64,000 nt of DNA from Schmidtea polychroa. Its lineage: Eukaryota. A program made the position numbers and the translations under genes. The notes beneath the pieces were generated by a model. The model saw nothing but the letters and a program-made list of their open reading frames with translations. It did no database searches and had not been told where the DNA came from. Location of the stretch: positions 31,684,001 to 31,748,000 of the forward strand of contig CM097885.1 in assembly GCA_044892525.1 (NCBI GenBank), read 5' to 3'. This document shows positions 26,200-40,290 of the stretch, in pieces (the first letter of the stretch is position 1; each line of letters opens with the position of its first letter).

Positions 26200-26521
26200 C
26201 AATTAAATTTATGTGAATAATAAAATATATATTGTGAATTGTTTGACTTAGTTAATTAAAATGTGTTTTATCATTTAATTATTCATTTGTCCAATTAATT
26301 TAGATAATTAGTTTCAAGTAAGAAATATTATTTTTGTGTTTATTTTATTTATTTTTTCCGAAAAATTAATATCCGGTTTATCTAAAATTAACTCAGCGTT
26401 TTATTTTATAATAAATTAAATAATTTCTAATTAATATTTTATTCAAATTGAAATATTATTGTTATAATGTACCTCTTGTTAGAATATAATGTAAATGTAA
26501 AATTAAAAAAAAAAAAAAAAA

Positions 26522-26560
<39 letters not shown>

Positions 26561-29500
26561 AAATAATACTAAAATAAAAACATAATAAAATAATTAATTA
26601 AGAAAATTAAAAATAAAAAAAATAAAATAAATAAATAAATAAATAGAAGTAATTAAATAAAAATAAAAAATAAATTAATTAATTAAAAAAAAAAAAATAA
26701 ATAAATAAATAAAAAATAATAATAATAATTAAATAGCGTAAGTAATTAAAATAAAATATTAATAAACTAATAAATTAATTAAATGTAATAAATTAAAATA
26801 AAACATAATAAAATAATTAATTAATAAAATTAAAATGAAAAAATTAAAAAGAAAAAATTAAAAAGAAGTAATTAAATAAAATGTTAATTTAAAAAAAAAA
26901 AAATAAATAAATAAATGATTCAATTGACCTATATTTGATCTTGATATTCCATGACCTTGAAAGTGTCCTGGAGTCCTCATTATATGCTACTAATGTCTAT
27001 GATGAATTTCTGTAAATTTATTGATTTTCTGTAATGAAATTTTATTTGTTTGAATTTGTTTTATAATTAAAATGTTTTACATGTGTACAAAAAATTTGCA
27101 AATATTGTATTTTGTGATTATTATTCGTATTTATAAAGAATTAGTAATTGAAGCTTTATTATGTATGAAACAAAAGTTTTATTAGAACTATAAATATTTT
27201 GAAGGAAATTTATAAGTGCTTTTCATTTTAATTATAACAAATTGATCATTAAAATCTTTTATCTTTTACACAATAATCTATTATCTTTTGCAATTTTTAT
27301 TATCATCACTTATTTATGGAAATTATAACAATATTTTGTTTTTTATTTAACATAATGTGATTTTGATAAAGGCTATACCGAAAATTCATGTTAAATATGA
27401 CGTAAATATATAAAGAAATAATAAGAAATTAAATTAAAACTAATAAATAATTATAAGAACTTTTTTCAGTTTTCACCTCTGATTTCTTTTCAATTGACAT
27501 TGTATTAAAAAGATTTGACTTAAATGCTAAAGAAATCGATATCTTTACCAATTCATAGACAAATATTTTTAATAAATTCTATAAATAATAATTTTATATA
27601 TTAAAAAGGTTTTGTGTACTACTGAAAATGACGATAGAATATTCGAGTTTTCTTTTTCTATCCTAATGTATATTTTGTTGTATTTTCAAAGAGCTCTACA
27701 AAATCAAGAGAGGTTGAAAAATGGAAAAATTTTAAATATTGTGTTTGATGAATTTTTCCATTTTCAAAAGTCAGTTAAGCTTCTTAATTCATATTAATTG
27801 CTTTACTTGAAGCAACACTTGATTGTCACATAAACTGACCAGACTTTTCAAGAGTTCTTCAAGTGCAACACAGTTAAAAACCGTTGACAAACCTTTATCA
27901 AAATGCCTTCCACTAAATGATTTCAGTTTTTTACTTTTTGCAATTTCCTTCAGATAACTACAGACCTTCCTGAAACTAGCTAATTTACAACTTTATATAG
28001 TAATTTATTAGTTTTTTATGAGTGATTTTCCCATTGAATTCTGTAATAAATAAAGAATTTATTTTGTCTATGAAGTAGAAGACCTTTTGAAGTTCAATTA
28101 AGTTTAGTTATACGAAGATATAAATTTTTATTTATCTTTATATACTCCATGTTATGATTCGTGTCAAATATTGTCTTCAGGTCAAGACTTATTATTTTTC
28201 CAAGAATTTATAACATAATCTTTGTAACACTACTAAATTGGAACCTTATTCTAGGTAGAATAAGTCATGCATAATTATTATATTTCAACTCCATTATCTC
28301 TAGTATGACTTATAACACTAATATTCAGCTCTAGAAAGTCAAGTACTTGTCAAACAATTCTTTTACTTTAAGGATTAAGGATAAAGTAAAGAGTCTTCCG
28401 TTTTAAATTGAGAAAACCTCATAAGATTGAAATTTAAGAGTCATTTACAAGAAATAGCACCTGCAATAGATTAACTCTCAGAAACCCAGATCCTCAAAAG
28501 TTCCGTGAAACAACTGAGAGACACTTAGAGGTTATAAAGGTTATAAATCATTTAAGAATATATTTGAAATTTTAATCCCGAATTTTGTTTAGCACGTAAA
28601 AAGCTAAATATTCAAAATAAAATAACAATGCCAAGTTTTCACCGAGATTTTGCACAGTAACATTTGAAAAATTTAATTTACATGCAAAAAAATAATAAAT
28701 ATTATGGGTATAAGCAAAACCTTTTTATCATTTTGTTAATTGTAGATTTCATTTTTTTGTATTTAAAACTTAAAACATTTTTATTTTATATATTTTAAAA
28801 ATTAAAAGTCAGAGAGGTCGGAAACCACTGATCTACAGGGTATTTCCAAATTGTTAATAGTCGGCTGATGCTCCAGTAGAACTTGATGTGTTATAAATAT
28901 ACATAAGCTTTTTTTTGTTATATGCATTAATTTTATGGCGTCAATTATAATTTTAACAAATTTATAAAAAATATATATTGTTTGGATATAATGTTAAAAT
29001 CAATCTATGCAACATGTCAAGAAAATGTTATTGTAAGATTGAACCAAAATTATTACCTGACTTCAGATTGTTGAAATATAATCCCTTGTGTGTTAACGTG
29101 TTTGCTAGCGCTAAAGCTTTGATAATAAGGTTGCAATGTTTGAAGCATGAATGTTTAATTACTAACATAAGAAATTGAATCATTCTATTTGTCGATATTT
29201 GTTTGATTGATGATTGTTTAAAACAAAATGTTCTTTCATTTTATATCAATTTAAAAAAATATATAATTCGCCAAGCATTACCAAATTTATGGAGGAAATC
29301 GAGAATTATGGTAAATTCTATTTAATCATTTTCAATGTTAATATTTCATTTATAGGTGCTTATGTCGCTATTATTTTGGAAAGATTGAAGTGTCATTATC
29401 CACAAATGGCTGAAATTCTCAATGGTAAACCATCAACAATGATTCCCGATCTGGCTTACAAGGAGACAATAATTTGGATTTTGGATATTATCCAGCAATT

Positions 29501-29567
29501 CTTGTGGTATATTAAGATGAACTAAATGGTTGTAGAGAAAACATAGCAGAAAAATCAACGACGAAAT

Positions 29568-30420
29568 ATACACGACAAAATCAAAGCAATCAAAAATTAT
29601 CCTTTACCCAAAACAACAAAAGAGCTAAGACGTTTCCTTGGCATGATCAATTTTTATCACAAATACATTCCAAAATGTAGTGAAATGCTAGCTCCTCTCA
29701 AAGAACTGAACAAAATAAAGAGAAACATCAAAATAAATTGGAACTAAAAACTAATAACGCTTTCGAACAGGCAAAAGAAAACCTGAAAAATGCAAGCATC
29801 CTAAGCTATCCCAACCAAGAATTACCATACATAGTCAACACAGATATTTCGGGATTAGCAATGGGCGGAACTATATTCCAAGAAGAAAAAAACGAAAAAA
29901 GATCAATAGCTTTCTTCTCAAAGAAACTCAAAACTCACCAAATGAAATACTCTACTTTTGATAGGGAAGTATTAGCGCTACATTATATAATCAGACATTT
30001 CCAATACCTATTGGAAGGAAAGGATTTCGAAGTGTATACAAATCATAAACCCTTAATAAACGCAATGAACATGAAAAATCCTTCACCGAGACAAATAAGA
30101 CAACTAAACTATATCTCACAATTTAATTGCAAAATAAAATACATAGCAGGTTCAGCTAACATACGTACAGATGCATTATCAAGAATAGAAACTGACATCA
30201 ATGCACTTAACATACCACCCATCATAGAGTTAGAAAATTTAAAAACTAAACAAAAAGAAACACTAATCGAAACTGCAAGGTTGAATTCACTCCAATTGGA
30301 AAAAATATGGTACGACACTTCAAATGACAATTTTAAAAGACAATAAACAAATCAAAATAAACATACGCAGATTAAAACCATATCACGAAAACAAAGCACC
30401 CACATTTAACGATCACCACA
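29568..30420 (+). mobile_element. Ty3/Gypsy pol fragment (RT connection, RNase H)
   Basis: KELRRFLGMINFY, TDISGLAMGG, IAFFSKKL, YSTFDREVLA, VYTNHKPL, IKYIAGSAN, DALSR. Confidence 0.88.
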
Positions 30421-33158
30421 ACTAAAACCCTCAAAACAACCACCCAAAATACAAAACTCAAGAACGAACAGAAACACAGACAAACCAGAAACACAGACAA
30501 ACTAGAAACACATCAGATTCAGCGAAAAAGACTTAAAAAAATTTTTCGACAATAACACAACAATCACATCAGAATACAAAAAGCGTTATAGTAATTGCCT
30601 CAAATAAACAACACAGGCACCCACAAAGTTTAGTTGTACAATTTTTATAATGTGCTTGTACAATTTTTATAATTTATCTTGGTAAATTATCGCTATAGAA
30701 AATTGAATAAAATAAAAAAGTCAATATAGTTAAACAAACAATTTTTGTAAAAATTATATAATCTCAATCAAACTTAATATCAACAATCCTCACCAAATAA
30801 CAAGGTATATTCCATTCAAACTTAATATCAAACAATCCTTACCAAATAACCAGTGCCTACCAGTAGTAACCTTGTCAAAATAAATTGAATAGCTCTCTAA
30901 GCCGTGAAAAGATATAATAACAAGGTTGATTAATTAGTTGATTTTACTTTTAATAAATATTGTAATAATTAATTGTATTATATTATTTTTATTATTCCCT
31001 TTTTTTGGTTGTACAAAGCAATACATACACGCACCCCGATTGTCCCGCTACAATATTTTTCTAAACAGTGACTCTTTCGGGCTCTTCAAGTTTCTGGTAA
31101 TATAATATCACTCATTATACGATTATACTAATGCTTAAATAATCGTATAATGAGTGATGTTATATTAAAACAAATTGAGTTTCCTGACTTTGAAATATTT
31201 CAAGCTACTTTAGTAAACTGTAAAAATATTTATGATTTCTGCAAAACTTTAATAAAGCTTTTATTGAAATATAAATTAAAAAACTACGAAATAATTGTAA
31301 ATTTTTTTGACAGAATTGATGTATATAAAATTAAATTAAAGGAGCGCAATGACGATAAACTGATGAATAGAAATTAGAATTTATCGTACAAAAAAAACAA
31401 ATAGCCGATCTGTTAGAAGGAAGCCGAAAGGTTAACTAATTGATGAGGTATAGATTTCACGTATCAAGCATTAATGAGGGGGGTAGGGGTTATTCATTCA
31501 TAGAATCAAGGAAATGTCGCCCTTATCAGTCCATGTTCATTTTGCAAATTTTTTATACAGAATTTTCTGCAAACAAATTGAAACTTCTCGTGTCTATAGA
31601 TATTACGACGAGTGCAGATGAATGATTCAATCCAAAAATTGAGATTGCTATTTTGATATCTGTCATATATAATTATAAAACGGTAATTTATAAATTTATT
31701 ATTGTAACAGTAAAGCTGAAAAAAATTAAAATAAACAGGTTTCATGAAATTAAAATGACATTTATTTTTAAAAAATAAATGTATACAATTATATATATTT
31801 ATTTATTTATTTATTCTTGTTTTTACGGGCAATGTTTATTCGGTATTAATCGGACATGTATATTTATATTTTATTACATATTTGAGTATTCAAACGGGTT
31901 CACGGACCACCGATAGAAGGTCTATGTCTGTCTTACATGGAGGTCTCAACTAATTAGATCTCGCAATCGATAATTAAAAATTTTGTGAATTCGACCATAT
32001 TAACGATGTATTTCATGTTATATTAAACAACATTCAAATTTATGTCGTCGTTTGTGAATTTTGATGTTCTGCTGGCTCAAATTGTCGAATTTTACCCTTG
32101 AGTGCTCCAACCTTCAACTGGAGTTCTTCCACTTGTCTGAATGATGAGTGCAACTTGACCAGCAGTTTTTTTGCACAATATTGATTTAATTTCTCTGTAG
32201 GTTTCTGTTTTATTTTTCTTTAATCGATTGTGATCATTAGACGTGCAATATTCACTCATATATCTGCTTTGGTCTTTTAATATATACGTTTGTGGTTCGC
32301 ATATCCAATTTTTTCCTATTAGCGTGTCGCATCTATTTCATTGTGTGATGTTTCCAATCTATTCATTAACTGTTTCTCTACCGGTTCGTTGCTAGCATCA
32401 TTTGACTTTAAGGTTCACTGGATTTTATGGGGCTCAGTCTGGATTCTTAAGGACTTTTTTAATGATTCTTATAAGTTAAAGGATTAATGGTTCAAGTTAG
32501 TTATTAATTACTTACTTTAATTTTATTTGGCATAATTATGCGGTTACTGTTTTTACAATGTTATATAGAGGTTGGAAATATGTTATCCTACTTGTGTGCT
32601 TACGAGAGAGAACTAATGAAGTTGCTCGTTCTAATCATGTTGTACGATTATCCATTGTTAGTCCTGTGAACTTATGTGTTCAAAAACCTTTAGTGACCTC
32701 ATGTTACTGGGGCGATATTTTTATTTACCTGTCTAGAAAGGCGTTATGTAATTAGTTTGTTCGAGATTTTTCTAGATTTCTAGTTATGTTGTTTGTTGCC
32801 TGACTATGTTAGCCACGTGTACATGGGCTCTTGAAATGTACTGTTATTCATTATTAATTTATCATTATAACAATCGCTTATTACATTACTGCATTACTTA
32901 TGACTGTAATTCATGGTATCCACTTCGTGTTACCCCTAAAATATTCTGTAGAAGTTGAGCCGATTATTTTACTTACTCGCCTTACGTCGTTTACTGGACC
33001 TCAGTGAAAGGAAACCTTAGTGCTTTGTATCAAGATCAAAGGTTTCACGACTAAGCCTAAGAATTATCCTTCCTCGCGTGCTCCATAGTTTCACAACTTA
33101 CTCATCCTGAGCGTGAAAGCGTAGTTCAAGGACAATGGACTTATTCGAGGCGTTAGGG

Positions 33159-33703
33159 CAGGGGCGTGCAAATGGTGGCCCGTGAAACCATGAAACTCCT
33201 TGATTTTTATCAGAAACTTTTTCCAGCAAGCGAATTTCCAAATCTATCAAGATTTGTTCAAAAGCGACAGGCTTTGATTGGTAGCACTTACAAGTGTGAG
33301 CAGCTATTCTCCAGAATGAAATTCGTTAAATCAGTTCAGAGATCCAGGATAACTGATCATCATCTTGAAAGTTCCTTGCGATTAGCAATATCCGGGATTT
33401 CACCGGACATTAATTCTCTTATGGAGAGTTCAAAGTCACAGAAAGAATAAAATAATTAATCTGTTCATTTTTTGAAATAGTTAAAAGCGGATATTATTTT
33501 ACACTATGCTAACTAGCTGCAGTAATTAAGCGTATAGTGTCCTGTTTTTTTAGATTAAAAGGTAAACCCTAAGAAAAATTCCGCTGAAAAGAAATTGGGT
33601 TTTTTTATTTGAGCGGGGGTTTTTTTTTAAAAATTTTTTCTGGCCCTATAAAAATAATTTTCCTAAAAGTGGCCCTCGGACCACTTTTGGCTGCACACCT
33701 CTG
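33159..33703 (+). mobile_element. Non-autonomous hAT element (SPIN/GTF2IRD2-like) with transposase C-terminal dimerisation remnant
   Basis: 8-bp TSD CGTTAGGG on both sides. Imperfect TIR CAGGGGCGTGCA/TGCACACCTCTG. ORF has GSTYKCEQLFSRMK...RSRITDHHLESSLRL. Confidence 0.9.
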
Positions 33704-34359
33704 CGTTAGGGTGTTCCACCCTCCACAAGACTTTCGTTAGTAAGGGCACGGGAGTTTACAGAATTACATGACAGTACATGACTGAGAAACTGATTTATTT
33801 CAGAAAAATTCTGCAAAATAAATGGCATAAAAGTGGTCAAAATCATCAAATTCCGACCGTATATAAAGTCTAATTTGTGTGTGCTACTTAGTCAATGCAT
33901 TAAAACAAATTCAAATTCTTTTAAATCGATTTTTTTCTAGATTCAATCTTTTCCATTTTCAATGGGGATTTTTGATTATTTAAATTATTTCTAGATTTTT
34001 ATTTTTTATCATTTTGTAATTTCATGTATGATTTCGCATTTTCCTTGAATTTTTGATTATTTCACTATTATTTTTATTTATTTTTATTTTTCTAAATTAA
34101 TTTTCTTATTATCTTACATGATATTTCATTCTTATTTATTATTTCAAATCATCGACTTAAATTTGAATTTGTGTTAACCGTGTTATTTATTTATGTAATG
34201 TTAGTGTTTATTTCGTGCTCTAGTTCTTGCTTTTGTTATTTATTTTAGTTTATTTTAATGCTTATTGATTTCGTGATTATATTCGCCCATTTTACCATAT
34301 TTAATTGATGTTTTCCTTTTTATTTGAATTTAAATTAACATAAGACAATATTTGTATGC

Positions 34360-34612
34360 CAGGGATGGCCAACAAGTCGATCGCCGAGCTATTTTTGGTC
34401 GATCTCAAAATATTTGAAAGTTATACCATTTCTTAAAATTTCTTAATTTGTCAAAAAATGGATTTAATAAAAACATTTTAAATTCTTTCTGTAAATCAAT
34501 TATTTTATTTTATAACTTTATTTATTTACTCGTTCTTTTTTTACTTGGTAGATCAGTATTTATTTTATAATACCAAAGTCGATTGCAAGTTAAAACAAGT
34601 TGGCCACCCTTG
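34360..34612. mobile_element. hAT MITE
   Basis: 8-bp TSD TTGTATGC. TIR CAGGGATGGCCAAC/GTTGGCCACCCTTG. Confidence 0.85.
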
Positions 34613-36959
34613 TTGTATGCTATATTTAACGCATTTCAATGAAATTTCATGTTCATTGTGGGTTCAAATCAGTTTTTAATAGCTACGTGAACCATTTTTC
34701 TGACATTTGATATTCAATTTTTTAATGATATCATACTTACTTTAAAAGAGAGAATATAATTGATAATCATTCAAGATCTCAGACAAAAGATAGAGTAAGA
34801 TATTTCTCATTACTGAATATTTTAAATTTTAAACATAATTTAAAACATAATTTAAAACATAATTAATTTTAAACATATTTTAAATTTCATATTTTTTGTC
34901 TATCCTTCAGTGGTCCATTTTGATTGACCAAAAATGAAAATAAATCATGTTAAATTTTAAATTCCTTCAATGAGAGTGGTAATAATAACCCATATAACTG
35001 TCTATATCGGAAAAGTTTATCGGAAAATTTTAAGTCATTATTTTTATTTTTATATTTATCATGAACTTTCTAGTTTTGTTATAATTAAACAATTTAACAG
35101 GTCTGTGATGTATGATGTATATTGTCACTTTGAATATACAAAACATAAATAATATTAAATAGATTCTACATAAATTTTATTCTATTTTATTTGAATTCAT
35201 TTAAATTAAATTTGCATGTTTTGCTGCATTATTGTAAAATCAATGAGATAATATCTAAAAATAAAAAAGTTTCAAATTAACTTTTTCAATAGAAATTTTC
35301 AATTTAATATTTAAAATCGATTAAAATTGAATATTAAAATTAATTTCAATGGATTTTTAAATGAAATATTTATTAATATTTTTTTAAATTTCAGTTTAAT
35401 TTTGAAATGCTATTTAACTTTATTTTTAAATTATAAATGAAATTTAAAATATAAATTTAATCAAATATTTAATTTTTTTAATTTTAAAGAAATAATTTAA
35501 ATATTTTATTACACAGCATTGAAATGAATAAAATAATTTTCAATGACAATAAAGATAATAAATTCTGAAAAAAATATTTAGATTGAAAATTCATGGTAAT
35601 TATTTATTTATACATCCATTCCCATCGATATTGGAACATATTAACGGTAGAACGGTTTTGTCGTTTGAAATGATCAATTTAGACACATTTCTTGTGAGAA
35701 TAATGTGAGACATGGTGGATTTGTTAAAAGCTAATTCAAATTCATTGCGAATCAAAATGACACTTTTAAACAAATTCTCTTGTAGAATCGAAATAGTCTG
35801 CTAATGAGTTTATTTATAGCATATATATAAATTTAATTTTATGTTTCAAAAGTCATAAAAAACAATAACCTCCTATCAAATGATGGTATCAATGATTCTA
35901 TCTCTTAGAAACCGCAAAACTGTCTACCGATTGAATATTTACATCATTCAGAATATGACAATAAGAATTTAAAAAAGAATTTAAAATATGGCAAATATTT
36001 TTTAAATAAAAAATATATAAAATAACTGAAATGTATTTCAAAAAAAATGATTTTCATCATCAGCCTGTCATCTTAATCGGTGTCGAATATTATATACGGA
36101 AACTCAGAAATATGTTATTGTTATATTCAATAATTTCAGTAAATTTCTTGCTGATTGAATAAAAATTTTGGGGATTGTTTTTTAATCTCTAGTGTCACAC
36201 ATAATATACTTTAACAGCAAATATCAAAGTTTTTGTACACAATTCGAAAATTATTTAATTGGTTGTTTTTTTGCAGTTATTCTTATGTTTATTAATATTA
36301 TTCAAACCATACGATTTGCAAAGTTCCTGAATTTATATGCAAACATATGCGGTATTGTACTCATCACATGTAGATTTGTGCTTTAGAGCCTAATTTTGAT
36401 GAACTTACTCTTTTGAAATTTGGATTTAAAATTGAATACCAAGTTTTATGGCTAAGATTATGTCATATTATTTATTATTGTTCGCATCATTTTAATGAAA
36501 ATTTTTTAATGTAGTTAGAATTAAACAAGCGTTGCACCGAGATTCTTTTGGATATCCTAGGAAAAATTAAATGTAAAAATTTTAGGAACTTTTCAATTTT
36601 AAAATAGTAATTTTCCACTTTAAAAGATGAAGAGAGTCTGATAAAAAATAAACATTTATATATTTATTTTATATTTATTTAAAAAAATGTATTTTTTTTA
36701 CTTTATTTAAACAAATACATATTTTTATTTGGTGATTTATAAAATAATAATAACAGTAGATAGATGTTGAATAATAATATTTAGATTTAAATACGTTGAC
36801 AAATATAAATGGCGAAGGAAGAATTTCATTATAAACTGTAAATAATGTGAAATTTTAATAAGTTAAACCTCAGCAATTTATAAATAAAAGTAAAAATACA
36901 TATCATTATGTTTAAATCTGAAAATATCATATTATTGGCTGTAAACAATGTATAGATAT

Positions 36960-37400
36960 GACAAATTTACAATATTACTTCAATGATATACAGATACAAT
37001 CAATTACAGTTTTATTGATATGAAAAAGCAGATAGCAACAACCTTAGATGGAAAAGTTTTTTTTTGAACTAGAAATCTTGGATTAACCTTTTAATTTAAC
37101 CCCCGAATTTATATTGCAAAAATATAAAATGTCCAAAAATGTCCATATATATGGACAGATGAACATAAAGCCTACTTCAATATTGATGAATACAGTTTTT
37201 ATCATGGCACAGTTTGCCACAAGTATGGCTTTATAAATAAAAGGAATGGAATTAACAATCAAGCTATCGAATCATTCCACAATGAATTAAAGTTAGAAAT
37301 AAAACGAAGGAAAGGTGTTTTAACAGAAAAAAGTCAGGATTTTCTTAATGGATTTTGTTATTATTTTAATAACAGAGCAGTTTTTTCAATGCAGTCTTAA
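36960..37400 (+). mobile_element. Merlin/ISXO2-like DDE transposase remnant
   Basis: WTDEHKAY and HGTVCHKYGFINKRNGINNQAIESFHNELKLEIKRRKGV. Confidence 0.7.
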
Positions 37401-37921
37401 ATTTAATTAAACTTTGATTTTAAATATAATATTTAAATGTATCTTTTGTTAATTTATATTGCAAAATATAAATAAATTTTAAAATATTAATATTTATTAA
37501 ATTATTTGATAATTAATTTATGTTATATCTTATTAATAAAATTTTATTATTTTTCATCCTTTTAATTTAACCCCAGCATTAAGATATATCAAATATATCA
37601 AATATGTGAGAAAATATTTCCAAGTGGGGAGATTTATATTATGTTTTAAAAGCTTAAACTATCATTAATTTATTGTAAAACTTGTTTTGATGAATTAAAT
37701 AATTTGATTTAAAAATAAAATTGTTACAACAATATTTAAAATTTAGATTTAAATAATAATAACTTATCACAAAATAAAACTTTATTTTTCTCTAATATTT
37801 AAACAACTGATATTTTTGAAGAATTTTTTTAAAATGTAAGATTCAGAAGTAAAATTTCATTCATGATACACTTTCATTCACATTACCTTACTAAATTTAT
37901 TAAACATTTGACAGTTTACAT

Positions 37922-38570
37922 TAGTGGTCGCCAACCTTTTAGTACCGAAGAGCACATTCCAAATTATCGATGGTGTAATGGGCACCATTTATTTTTTCAA
38001 GATAAATTTATAGTGACTTTCAAATTAACACTTTAAAGGTCGGCATTTCAAAACCCATACAAAAATGACGCAAATTCGAGTCATCGCCATTACGCAAATA
38101 CTATACAAAACAACATATTTTATTTAAGGTATATTACCTTTATTCAATATAATTATATATACATTGTATATACATGTGGGAAATTTTAAAAGAAGCAATG
38201 GTGGCATTTTTAGATTTCACCAAATGTCGAGTGAAAATCGATTGCTGGCCAGATAAATTTAATTTAAGGTCTCTAATTTTGTTCTTTCTAATTTCTGATT
38301 TAATTGGATAATTAGTATCAAAAGTGCTATGGTTAGAATAGAAGTGACGTTCAACATTATGTTTTTATGCCACTGCAACTGTACTACCGCACAATAAAGA
38401 AACATATTTATCTTTAATACTGACAAAACAATAGGATTCATCCCAATCTGTGTTAAAATTATACGTTCGTTGTCTTTTACTTGCACTCATTTTAGAATAA
38501 AAATTTTTGTAACTTTTAACTTTATAACCTTTCAACTGAATGATCAGAGAAATAATAAATGACAAATTGA
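37922..38570 (-). mobile_element. hAT (SPIN/GTF2IRD2-like) transposase N-terminal remnant
   Basis: MSASKRQRTYNFNTDWDESYCFVSIKDKYVSLLCGSTVAV (degenerate BED-like region). TIR-like TAGTGGTCGCCAACC at ~37922. Confidence 0.65.
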
Positions 38571-40080
38571 TAATTAATTTAATCTAATTTAAAAACAATA
38601 GACAATTAGTGGTCTTGCAAGTGTAAGCAAAATAACAAATTTAAAATCAAAAAAGAGGCGAGTAACATTATGAAAACAAAAGATTAATAATAAATAAAGA
38701 AAATATATAAACACAAATTACAAATAAACCACATTTTTGGATGAAGGAGTTGACCATAAAATTAATTTAATGGTTTTTAAGGGTAGAGAATTTCTTTAAC
38801 CATATTTTAATAAACAACGGGGAAAGAAAAATTATAAAAATATGCTTATTATTATCTAAAAATTTCGAAATCTATCGATTTTAATTTTTTTTTAAATTAA
38901 AAAATTCGCTCAAATTTAAATTATTTTGCTTTATTTACTTTGTTTCTGGTAGCACACATAAAACAGCTTTAATTTTAAAATTTAATATGTTAATTTTTAA
39001 ATACTATTTAAAAAATATTTGGCATAATTAATTTTTAAAAATTACTATTTAATTTCATGGATGTTATTTTCAACCTTAGAAAAAGATGGAAAGAGTTTAC
39101 CCTATCCAGCTGTAATAAAGCTTTGTATTTAAAGTTCCTTGCAAAGCGAGTGTCTTAAAAATCATTCATAGACTTTAAAGCTTGTCAGGAGCAATTAATA
39201 AAAATTGTAGATTACAATAAGTTGATGATAGAATAAAAGCTTTTTTTAGTTATATTTTATTCAGAAAGTATAAAATATTTTAAATTTTAAGAACTTTTAA
39301 TATGTTTAAAGAGTTTAAAAAGAACAAATTTCGGTTGTTTGATAAGTTTTTTAATTAATATGCAATAGGTGTAATGCATTGTAATACATTGAAGATAATT
39401 TTTCCAATTTCTGCACACGAGTTCAGTAATTTTGAAGTTTGGAGAGGTTACTGGACACAGGAAAACATAAAGTAACAACAAGTTTGATTAAATTAATAAA
39501 AAAGCTTTGACTATTATTCGGAAAGGATATTATGTGATAAATTGAGGATTGAATAACAATCCCCCAAAATTACTATTCAATTAACAACGAATATTTTGAG
39601 ATTATTTATTTATTTATTAAATCAAAGCTATTATATAATTATTGGTCTTTATATATTATATTTGACATGTATTAGAAAAGTAGGCATCATGAAAATTATT
39701 TCTAAGATATTTATTTCTATTTCTTTATTTTATTCAATTTTGCGTTAAAATAAAAAAAACTAAAATTTTAATTATTTGAATTCAACAATTCACAAGAATG
39801 TCACCGCGTTACTTACATTAAAAAAACCAGAATTCAATAGAAATAAATTTAGTTTTAATTTTAAATGTTCTTTTTCAATAACTAATACCCAAAAATATTA
39901 AAATATTATTTTCACAAAAAAATTTTATACCGTTCTGCCCATTCGATTTTTACCGAACATGAAATTGAAAAAAATGCAAACTTATTTCAGTTTCTGCTTA
40001 GGTTAATCTTTCAATGGATGTTTACTTTCAATTTTAATCTAATTTATAAAATATACATTATCTTTTTATTGTTTTCTACC

Positions 40081-40290
<210 letters not shown>

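Larger units (their letters stand above)
12492..26991. mobile_element. 14.5-kb palindromic Polinton/Maverick-related element encoding two inverted pPolB genes (copy 1)
   Basis: Termini AGTAGCATATAATGAGGACTCC...GGAGTCCTCATTATATGCTACT. 6-bp direct repeat AATGTC at 12486-12491 and 26992-26997. Mirror-image ORF sets with identical translations. Confidence 0.95.
21024..26991. repeat. Right ~6-kb inverted arm of copy 1
   Basis: Reverse complement of 12492-18461. Confidence 0.95.

Noticed and set aside
12492..26991. Palindrome as a sequencing or assembly fold-back artefact
   Set aside because: Flanks are unique with a clean 6-bp TSD, the centre is a directional 2.5-kb spacer, the host exon phases continue across it, and a diverged second palindromic copy exists. 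Not formally excluded without reads.
12492..26991. Casposon, complete Polinton/adintovirus, or organellar linear plasmid insertion
   Set aside because: No Cas1, integrase, capsid, ATPase or RNA polymerase ORF. Spliceosomal introns and a precise TSD argue against an organellar plasmid fragment.
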